Below, piece after piece: positions 26,721-37,583 of a stretch of 64,000 nucleotides of DNA (positions are counted from its first letter, which is position 1; each line of letters starts with the position of its first letter). The stretch comes from Stylophora pistillata (taxonomy: Eukaryota): NCBI RefSeq assembly GCF_002571385.2, contig NW_019218685.1, positions 1 through 64,000 on the forward strand, written 5' to 3'. The position numbers were made by a program, and so were the translations under genes. Under the pieces are notes generated by a model. That model saw only the letters and a list, made by a program, of their open reading frames with translations. It did no database searches and had not been told where the DNA came from.

Positions 26721-28903
26721 GAGACCGTCTTGAAAGTTTTAATTTTTCGTCATTTGCAGATTGTGAGGGCTTTGGGCCTGTCGGTCTATCAATCGGAGAA
26801 ATAAAGGATAGCCAAATAGCATCGTCTTCTAGTAGAGCGTGAACGTTTCTGTCGTACTCCGGAAGAATTGGAGATAACTTTGCAGGATGGATCCCTGAGA
26901 AGAGATCAAGCAGAGAATTCCATACTTTGCATTTCTTTGAAGTTGATTTGAAATTGGTCACCCACATTAAAATGGTAATAATTAAGAAACTAACGAAGAC
27001 CAGAGAAATGTTAGCTCTAGTAGCGTCCCCCTGCATGTACCAGGTTGAGTTAGCATTGTCGAGTGGAGAGCGCATTGGAGGTCCCGAGCTAAAGTTCTCA
27101 GACCACCCGCTGAATTCCTAGTTCCACTCCACGACCATCCTCGTGAATAGCCCACTGGTATACCTCCCGTCAGCTGAGGTTTTGAATCACGTTACGCTTG
27201 GTTGTGTTATATTTATATTTGCTGTATTAGGTTTTCGCCGTTAAAACTCTGTGGCTTATCATTAAATTAAGTAATTAAATGTGTTAAGAATTTGAGCGAG
27301 GAGGCTGCCATTTTTACAATTTGCTCAACACTAAACCGAACTTGGCCGCTTTACTGCGACCTTTAAAAAAAGCCCCACCCCTTGTACTGGTTTTTACTGA
27401 TATTAGTTTTGGCAAACAGCCCTAAAGAAAGGTCAGGACAATAACCATTCGCTAAGAAGTCATCTTCATTCTTTTCTCAGGCCGCTATTCAAGGAGTAGC
27501 CAAGGAAATTCCGTCAGAAAAGATCTTTCTGGTAACCAGTGAAGACGGATTGGAGTGGAAAGAGAGAAGATATGCGACTGAAACAGCGGTATTCTGTCAT
27601 TGTTTTCGTTTATGTCTCACCGCTCAACACCGAAAACATTACGATAGTGGCTTTTATGATCAGCCTTGATGCACACTTCTTTTTGGTGCCCGTAAACCAC
27701 CGGAAATCTAACCGCCGTAAATAATATGTAGCGTGCATACACGTATATATGTAGACATATTGTAGTACGTACAAGTGGTTGACTTAACACAAGCATGTAG
27801 CATTCTAAGTTTATATTACTTCTTTATGTTCCCACGAGATTTCATCAACTTCGTTATTATTATTTAACCCATAATCATTGCTATTATCGCTTGATTTTTC
27901 TAATCCGATGTTTGCTTGGCTGTGTTTTAAGGCTTAAATTTGAAAATGATTTTAAGACGAACCATCATTCACGCAAAGAAGAGCTTTCTTTCGTTTTGTT
28001 TGAAAAGGTTGATCGCATCGACAGCTACACGGTTATGGTCATGAAAAGTTTAAAGTTTGGAGCCTCCGCTCGTTTTGTCAGGATTGTTCTTCCGCCATTT
28101 GATAAGCGGATGAAGATAGGAAAAGAAATGCCCGGTTACAAAGTCGAATTATTCCGATGTTCAAACAATGGAAGTGCCTGGCGTGGAAACACTGGTATAG
28201 AACGATGACTTCCTTTTGGTAGCTGTTATCCACGATAGCTGTGTTCGCTTTGGTATCACAGGGTTTTAGAATGATTGTAATCCAATAGAGATCCTCTCTT
28301 TCAAACTTAAACTATCGCTGGCGTCTATTTATCCTAATCCTCGCCATGTTGTAGAGGATACTGAATGGTAGTGACGGCTGGTCGGTTTCATTTCAGGCCG
28401 ATAGTGCCGCAAGGGTCCCCACCATAAGCAAAGAAAGATTTATCCTGTTTACCAAAAAATTTTCGTTGTCTATTTACTGGCTAACCACGTTATCTGAGAG
28501 TATCGTCGATAACGCAAAGCGAAATAAAAGCCATAAGGAAAAGAAAATATTGCGGTGTACAGAGTAAGATCTCGGCTTCCATTGCACCCATTTCCTCCCT
28601 CAGACTACTACCGGTACCTCTGCATGTGATAAGGTGACAGAATAAACATTTTCATCTTTATTTTTTCTTTCCAGTCCCTTTACCCATTGGAATAGGGATA
28701 GAATCAGGTGCCATTCCTGACAACCAGTTTACGTCAACCTCTCCACTGAGCCCTGAATACGGAGCGCATTTCTCGAGGCTGAACTCAAAGTCGGGTGGAG
28801 GGGCGTGGTGTGCTGCGTCATGTGATCCTTCTGCTTACCTGCAGATTGACTTGGGCCGAGTCTCTTTCATTCGAGAGGTAAGACGATGCAATAGAAACTT
28901 TTG

Positions 28904-28957
28904 ATACATACATACATACCTACTTACATATATACATACATACATCTGATACATACA
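28904..28957. repeat. (TACA)n imperfect microsatellite
   Basis: Run of ATAC units. Confidence 0.85.
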
Positions 28958-29712
28958 TGGTTTATTTAGTAATGCTGGTCAATAGTGGCAGCTTCTACAG
29001 CTGATGTGGACCTACACAAATCTATATCTTAGAGCTAAGTTTATCTTAACAGCACGCTTATGTCATAAGGCGTTATCTTCGGTTAGCCGAGGTTGTGCGC
29101 ACCGTAAAAATCATTTTGATATGATAGAACTTGTTCCCGTTGAATGGATTGAATGCTGTAAATATCTGAAGAGGTGAGAAGAAGAGAGAAAGGGGGAAAT
29201 GGACTTGAATTGAGAGCGAATGCAAAGCCAGAATCATCATGGAAAGTTCAATGACTCAAACATTTGCTCCTCCATGTCCTTCCTTGTGACTGACCAGCGA
29301 GTATCACTGATGATTTATCGACAGTTGGATGTGCAAAGCAAACATGACCATTCAGGAAGTACAAACGCAGTGCTATCATTCTATTTGGAATACAGTGTTG
29401 ATGGTGCAGCATGGGAATATTACAAAGCAAATGGAGCAAACAAGGTAGCCATACAAAATTTTCTTTCCAGGAATTGAGAGAAGGGGGATTTGTGCCTTTC
29501 CTCGACCCCTTCTATCCCCTCAATCGAGAAAAGAAAACATTTTCCCTTTTGACCCCCCCACGGGTGACTAGCACCTAACTCCTCCTTTGAATACCACCCC
29601 TGAATATAACATGGACAGAGGTCATGAGGCTAAAGTAGCTCGAGAGGCTCTTGCATTGATTGTCAAGAAACGTTTTTCGCCGTATCAGTAGAGTGTAAAA
29701 GGTTAATAGGAA

Positions 29713-30677
29713 AAATCCAAACTTTTGTTGTCGCTGACTAAAAAAACTTTGAGTGAGGACGTTTTGGTTAAAATACTATAGGTTTTTTTAAAAGGGAGCT
29801 AACGGTCGTTACGAGTTTGTGGGCAACATCGATATTGAATTGATTTAAAGTTCTTGCATTTTTTTCTGAAATTCCTTGAAGATATGGCAGGGTGACAAAA
29901 CCTCTGTTGGTTTGAGACTGATTAGTAGACCCAGTGGTGCTTTGGCAGCTTCTAATAAATTGTTCGGTGTAACCATTGATCTTCAGGGCGTCGACCACGT
30001 GTTGTATTTCAGATAATCTGTCTGCGTCGGTAGAAGGGATGCTCTTTGCTCCGTCGAGAATATCAATATTCAATATCAATATTCATATCAATAATGAATA
30101 TCAATATTCAATATCAATGTTGCCCACAAACCCGTAACGACTGTTGGCTCCATTTTAAAAAAAAACCTAAAGACAAATATATTTAGTAAAGACTTATCGA
30201 CAGGAGTGATCTATAAAATCAGTTGTAAAGATTGTGAGAAAATTTATATCGGTCAAACATCAAGAGCCTTAAGATCCAGGATAAGAGAACACAAGACAGC
30301 GATTTTCACGGGAGATAGAAATTCTTTGTTAACCCAACATTGCATAAAATACAATCATAATTTTGACCTTGAGGATGTCAAGATCATTTACCGCTGTTCC
30401 CAATGGTTGAAAAGATTATTTTTAGAAGCGTGGCATTCAATTTGTGAACCGAATGCCATTAATGAACATATTTACATTCCTGACATTTACAAGGCCCTTG
30501 GAAATCCCAAGAGACTTTTCTGCGGCTCTTTTTAAAGCACTCATTTGCTTTCGCAGTCATTTTATTGCAAAAGAAGGTTAAAGTATTTTAACCGAAACGT
30601 CCTCACACAAAGTTTTTTAGTCAGTGACAACAAAATTTCTATTTATTATCATACCTGACTACAACTATAGTATTTTT
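29713..30677. mobile_element. Truncated and internally inverted Penelope-like retroelement (GIY-YIG endonuclease) in an intron
   Basis: Plus strand GVIYKISCKDCEKIYIGQTSRALRSRIREHK...H...KRLFLEAWH (GIY-YIG); minus strand LKINGY...FVTLPYLQGISEK (RT thumb/linker); terminal segment present inverted at both ends; 14-bp direct repeat AAGGTTAATAGGAA at 29699-29712 and 30678-30691. Confidence 0.9.
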
Positions 30678-33600
30678 AAGGTTAATAGGAACATTAATGT
30701 AAGGGATTGGAACTTTCTTTGAAGTTGAAAAAAAAAAAAAAAACAGCCTCCCCTTCCTTTTAAAAAATTTTCCTTTTCGTCTACTTAGTGGCTCTTATCA
30801 TGTTCCATAGCTCTTCTTGGGAAGCACCCTGAGAAATCTAGCAATTCGACACAAGCTCTTGATTCCAGTCAACGCGCGATTCGTTCGGTTTCGACCCAAG
30901 ACCTGTATCAACAAGGCGTGTATTAGAGTGGAATTGTACTCCTACCAAGACACCGGTAAATTTGAATGTTAAATTTAGCGATTGTTCATGATACCATAGT
31001 AGAATTTTCATGATACCAGAATAACTTTTGTGTTTCTCATAACAAGCGCTATCGTTTGCTTACAATATCAGGCATAAAATACACATATTTTCATTCACTG
31101 TCGCCCTTCGAATATTTTTGTTTATTTTCCTTCAATTTATACACCTCTTATGGCCAGAAATGAGCCTCTTCAATATCTCTGGTAAAACACTGTATTCTAG
31201 AAGCAAATTCCATGCGTAGAATTTCATAATATTTTCATAACCTTTCGCCGAATTCTCGTCAACTTTTCACGGAACAGTGATTGATAGGAATGAATAACTA
31301 CGGTAAAATTTTCCGGCGAGGCTGCACTCACCCTGTAAAACACCCAATCACCTCCATCCTAGTTCCGCGAGGCCAGTCTTATGCCCAGATCCTACCGTTT
31401 AACTGTAACTGAAATGTTGGCCGTGAAAGGTCCGAGTAAGAAAATAGTTCGAAGGTTAATAAACCCTGAGACCTCCCACAAACCGTAACAGGCATGTGTT
31501 AGCCCGCTTATGAAATCCCAGTCCTTTAATTTTTTCCACGTATACTGATCAAAAGATGCAATATTCGGGCGACAGTCCCAGTAGTGAATACGTCGGGAAC
31601 AATAACGTCTGTTTACCTTGGCACATTTTAGTAGGGCCAGATGTTCCTGTCATCTTTGGGCGAAGCCTTCTCCTGAAAGAGACTGGTAACATGTTAATCG
31701 CTTGTAAATCAGAAGTAGGCAGGTATGTGTTATTTGATAAGGTCTAAAGCCGCTGTTGAAAAAGAATAAAATTTCCTATCTCTTGTCTGTTATTAGGCGA
31801 TGATGTTTATTAACTAGCTGCTTTTTATCAAATTTTTTACAATTGCTTTCATCGCATTGCAATTGCAACGCATACATGATTAGGTCCATTTAGAGCACAG
31901 AAAAACATATCAGTCCAAAAGAAAATGAGGGGCCCCTCATTTTCTCCTGATCAGTCTTAATAAAAATCTCACCACGATAAACAAGTACAACCTTTTTTTA
32001 CGAAATATCAGTCTTAGTTCCACCTGATTATTCTAGTAAACGTTACTAGTATCTTACGAATTTTCTTTCATCAATTTAACTTTTATGACTTGTAGATTTG
32101 AACGACACTGTAAATCAACTTCTGATGGCGGAGGGACATGGACAGGTATGTGAGTTCTAGCTGAACCCTAGTCGTGAGTAATTAGTCTTGTAAGAGAAAT
32201 TTTGTTCCGTGAAGTTAATAGATCAGAACTAAGAAAATAGCAAACTACCATTTATTGATGACTATTCTCAACCTGTTTCTCATTCTCAGAGCTTCCAAAG
32301 AACATTTTAAATGTCGTTGCTTATGACCCAGTCAGTGATATTTACTATGGAGTCTCCACTAACAAAAAGACATTCTTGAGAAACAAGTTTTCCCTGTTTA
32401 TGGAATGGGTTGCAATTTCAAAAAACATTTGGAGGAAAGTAAAAGACTCTCCTACACTTGTCACAGCCACTGAAGTTCCCTTCATGCCCGTGCTGAAAGA
32501 GGCGGTGAATGATCCTTATGACGCTTTAACGCTGCCAGCTTCCATTGCATTTAAGCGGAAAAGAAGATCCACAGCAAGTCATGATATGTGGGGATGTAAC
32601 TATCAGCCTATATTTCTCTAGTTCTTTTAATTTACTGTCTCATATTTTCAGTGGACACGGGCATCGATGAGATTATTCAAAAGGTTTGGGGTGGGGGTCA
32701 TAGTATGATCAGGGTACCTCCCCGACTCTCATGTTGAAACAATCAAATTGACTTTTTATCGCATGATGACTGAATGATGCATATCGTGTACGATGTCCGT
32801 TGTTGACTTAATGATAAAATCATCTTTCAATGGGAGGGGGGGGGATGACAGATACCCCTGGACATTCCAACTACACCCCTGAGGGGTAACGGGCATTAGC
32901 AATTATGAAACATTTGGCCAAATCTGTTCGATAAATGGCGGGACTGATTGCTCTTCCCCTATAGTCATGTAATTTCGCATTTCAGGCCTCGACACCACGT
33001 TTTGAAAACATCATATTTCACCCAAAAAACGACTGAGGCCGAGAAGGCTATCTAGCGTGCACCGAGGAGAATAAAAACCATGCCCGCCAATATGAAAGAG
33101 TTCTCTAATGTTACTTCATTAAACTCATTTTAGCGTCATCAAGAGGCCTCCTCTTCAAGGCGAGTGGTGCGACCGTATGGAAGACAGTCCTCAGCTGGAT
33201 TGATTATCCTTATGGTATGACACGTTTTCCAGTAATTATCTCCTCTCCAGGGAAGTTACTTCTTTAATAAGAAACAAGGGAGGCACAAATATGGTCTGTT
33301 GAGGGTGTAGTCACAAAGTGAAGTTTAAGGGGTAGGGGTTCAACCACAAAATCGAAGAATTGTTATTAAGTGTGGAAGAAAATCCGGGATTCCATAAGTT
33401 AAATTTTACTTTACTCCTTGATTGGTCCAGTAAATTCGCGCAGCCTTCTCGATCACTCAGATACAAAACTAAAACCAATCACGAATCATTCGCCCACGTT
33501 TCCCGCGCTTCAGACAGTTTGTTAGTTTTTCCTGACATTAAATTTCCAGTGGCTCCTCAAGGTTTCTTTCTTCCGATTGGCTGTTGTAATAACTAGAGTT

Positions 33601-36600
33601 TGATACCACTACACTCGATCAAAGAGCGCTCAAATGCACCAAGAAATCTCTGATGACGACGGAAGATTTCTTCCATCAAGAACCCGTTGGTGTATTTCTC
33701 ATAGAGTGAACTGCATTGAACACAGTAAATCAAGCCTAAGTGGTATCTGAATGTTGAGAATAAAATTGTGGCTCTCTTCCTCCAACAGATATGAGGGTGG
33801 GCTGTCTTGGATTACCATGTGAAAGTGGCACATGCGAAGAAACACCAAATGAAGGCTATAAATGTAATTGCTTTCCAGGATTTAAAGGAATCCATTGAGA
33901 CGAAGGTACGTAAGAATTTAGATATAGAGCTACTCTATAAGGTTTCCCGTACTTTTGTGTGGGATATACCGGATTGTACAAGAAAGGGATCAACGAGTCA
34001 AATATCAAAAATAAAGTGCTACTCCTAAGACCAACTGAGGCTGAAAGCGAGATCGAAATCAAATTGCAATGCAAAGCATCCATGCTCCTCAAAATTAAAA
34101 AATCCAATACCATGGAGCATTTATTACCTCTCAATCGAGGAGAATATATCAATGTTGTAACTTATATCTGTTATCCATGAAATCTAAGATTTCTGAACTT
34201 CAATCAGCCAGGACCTTTCGCCTTCACGTTGAGGATAGGATGAAGTACGCTCAATATAAAGACAGGTAACAAAGAATGCTGCCATGATTCTTTTCCTCAG
34301 ATATTAACGAATGTGCCAGCAATCCTTGCACCAATGGAGGTCAGTGTAAAGATGAGGTGAACGGGTTCAGCTGTGTCTGTTCCCCCGGATTTACAGGAAA
34401 CCAGTGCGAAATTGGTGAGTAACAGAATTATTTTAAATGAGAGCCGCCAAACCGTATTATATTGCGAACGCCCACTAAATGGCTGTCTACATAAGACATT
34501 TTTGACCAGTTTTTTATTTTCTGCAAACATTTCTTGCAGACTTTGATGAGTGCGCAAGTAATCCGTGTCTTGGGGGAGTGTGCGCTGACCATGTTAACCA
34601 GTACACGTGCATCTGCAATCCCGGAAAAACCGGCAAACACTGCGAATTCGGTAAATTCTAGTTAGTTAAACTCGAAATCTCACAGAATCTTCAAGAATGG
34701 AGAAAATTAACTCGGATTCCAAAGGATAAAAATGGAAAAGCTTCGACCGAATAGCCGAAATGAATTGAAACCTTTGTTCAGCCTTCACAAAAGAAGTGGA
34801 GGTTGCAGTCAGTGAGTAAAAGAAATAACCCGAATTTTTCGAGTTCGTAGTTTCAGTCCACATAAATCTTCTCCATTCTTGGCGATCCATGTTCATATTT
34901 GGTTTTCTCGTGTCTCCGGCCTAATGTTTGATTATCCACGCAAAAATGAAAAAGCAAATAAAGAGAGGGGAACAATTAGTGAGTTGGTGTCTTAGTCCAT
35001 TTTTCGTTCAGTTTCAATGACCTCCTACCCCAAGTGCTAATCTCATACCCAGGTCTTACTGTGTGACTGCAACTGGCCGTAGAAAGTCTGGACACGAGCC
35101 TACCCCACCCCTTCTCCATCAGTCCCTCAACAATGCATCAGCAACTCGTAAAACAACTAATAGATCTACATTTCGTTTGAAAACGATTATTTTTTTTCAA
35201 GCCTGAGAAACAAGGCCCGTTCTAATATTTTTGCCTTTTTCTCGCTAATATAAAGATACAACGTGTATGGTCAGCAACCCGTGTTTAAATGGAGGAACGT
35301 GCAGCGCAACGCACGGTGGAGGCTACACTTGCCAATGTAATGTTTTATTTGCTGGAATCAATTGTCAACTGGGTAAGTCGACTGTCTTTCGTTACGGTAC
35401 AAAGAAACAAACAGTAGGTTCTCTAAGTCCAGTGGTATGGGGGACCAGCCGTTTTTCATTGCCTGAGGGGGAAGGGGAGGGTCGGATAAAGTTTTGGGAG
35501 ATTACATGCATGGTTTACGAGGGGGATTAGTCGTCAAAAGAATATTACAGATCCCTATGGAAGGGGATCAGGTAAATTGTATCTTGACACAACCAAAATC
35601 CGCCAACACACTCCCCCCCCTGCTCTTCCAGATGATAAAAATAACGAGCGGTCCCTAAAATTCTGGGGTAATTTTCTGTTTTTTCCTTGGATACCTGAGT
35701 TATCACCTGAGATTACCTGTAATGTAAATTTGAATGAAGTTAATGTTTTCAAGTACTTATTCCTTCACCAGACTTAATTTTGTGTGAGAACGCCTTCTAA
35801 ATATTTCATTTAAAATTATGAAATTTTGAACCGCTGCCACGCACTTTATTTCGCTTTACCAGTGTACTAACCCCCGTGGGATGCCGGGAGGAAGCCAAAG
35901 TGGAGTGGTTTAGCCCGGCAAATCGATGGAAAGTGAAATCTATTAGTCTTATGAAATTTCTAGGGATTTATCGGCACTATAAATGATAGATAGATAATTG
36001 ACCAATAATTGCTTGCGAACCTATCTTGGCAATTTCACGTTTTCTCTTAATCAGAATCATTTAACTGTTGGAGGTCAACTGTAAGTAACAATTACCCAAC
36101 CTGGCCAGTCACAGGCAAGTTCGACAAAATCGCCTTCTCGCTAAGCGCTGACCATTACGTGTTAGGAATTAGAGTCGGATCAACCTCACCAGAACGAGTT
36201 GATGTCACGGTAACTGTCAAGATAACTCACTCTGATGGGTGTGTAATTGTCACCAAAACCATCTCACACAGATTCCCGGATTGGACAAGTGACCCAGTTT
36301 TTTTCGACCAGGCAGTTCTCCTGACTGCTGGCCAGCAGTACATCGCAGCTTCGCATGTGGCGGCACCGAATTACAATTACTTTTCACTACGGAAATACAA
36401 AGAAGGGGCATCCTCGGTGCAGTGTGGTGGAATTACTGTTACTTTCTCCAAAGTTTCACCCGCAGAGTTCGCTGATTCAAATGGTTCCAACGTTTTAGAG
36501 GGACGGGTTCCAGCTCTCATCTTGAGGTCTCCATGACAGATTCTTTCCCTTCTTCTTAAAAGCATCACAGAAAGTCCTCATTAGCAACAGGGTCTCAATC

Positions 36601-37583
36601 AAGTAACAATTCTGATGGTTGAGGGTTCAAAATAAGCCGTTTTTGCGGAAGGCGGTTATATTTTAGACCATTTCGGGTTACGTTTGACGGTTAATTTTTC
36701 AGACAGACACTTAATTCATTCTCAAGAGGAAAATTCAGGTCTGAACAGAAAAGCATCAGGAGTGGGTATCCAAAGACCTGGAGTTAGATTCCTAGTGTAG
36801 GACTTAGATTTTTTCTTTGTTCCATGCTTGCGAGAGGCAAGTAGCTTCTTTCTCCAGTAGTACATAAATTTTTTTGTTCAGAAACTCGGCTAATGTCACA
36901 TAAAGACCACATTCATTTTACCTGTGAAATGTTAACACGTATAGAAGTAACTGGTCCTAACTGAACGTAACTGAAGGGGTTCAAGAGTCGTATCGAGGCT
37001 GCCCAACCGAAGCGGAGGAGAGAGGAGGGGTTGAATAAAACGTGTTTATTTCCTACCTTTGGGGTCACCTTTGTTGTAAAATAATTTAACATCAGCAGTT
37101 TTAAAATGCAATTTTGAGCAGTTTTAGCCCCTTTAAAATGCAAGTTTTGTTTTATATTTACGCAACTGTTACAAGTTTTAGTTACAATACTAGATATCAC
37201 ATTTTTTAAGATAAACATCAACAAGATGTATCATGTTATTCAGATTTTCTGCTGCATATTTAATATGTAATAGTGTCTGCAGTATAGCAGATGTAGTGAA
37301 TTTCTCCCGTTCAATTTAATTCTTTTTAATATACTTTTGTAAATATATTCTTCCTAAATCAGTAAAGGTTGGACGTGTGTCTGATAAATAATAGATTCTG
37401 TTGTTTATCACCCTACACAAGTTGTCGAAACGCTGTCATTCAAGATAAGTGATACAGTGTGCCAACGATGCTTTGAATAGCAGATGTAACTCGACACTTA
37501 AAATCACGCGATTTAGACTCTGTCAGTGAAGTCACGCGAACCTTCACTGCTTGTCACTTGCTTGCACCAGAAGAGAGCGTATC

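Larger units (their letters stand above)
25663..36536 (+). pseudogene. Secreted multidomain protein gene (signal peptide, 2x F5/8-C discoidin, Asp-box region with RKRR, 4x EGF, C-terminal PHR), about 905 codons, with in-frame stops
   Basis: 18 phase-consistent GT-AG exons: 25663-25668, 26028-26096, 26254-26449, 26760-26974, 27481-27588, 28008-28194, 28675-28877, 29325-29444, 30811-30955, 31632-31722, 32096-32145, 32290-32595, 33134-33214, 33789-33905, 34301-34414, 34540-34650, 35256-35372, 36055-36536. Signal peptide MKSIRVVIFASVLLTCVA; GIESGAIPDNQF..SRLN..AWC..YLQIDLG..YSVDGAAW..ARFVRF..CIRVELY; [10 protein letters not shown]; PHR-like FDKIAFS...QCGGITVTF...SNGSNVLEGRVPALIL. Stops: TAG 26344, TGA 26840, TGA 33896. 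Confidence 0.85.

Noticed and set aside
35862-35932. Extra exon between EGF4 and the PHR exon
   Set aside because: An acceptor-like site gives an immediate stop (V-Y-*) in the required phase; the direct join 35372-36055 is in frame.
36537-37400. SECIS element for the UGA-containing gene
   Set aside because: No RUGA...AA...GA kink-turn hairpin found by eye; needs SECISearch to exclude formally.
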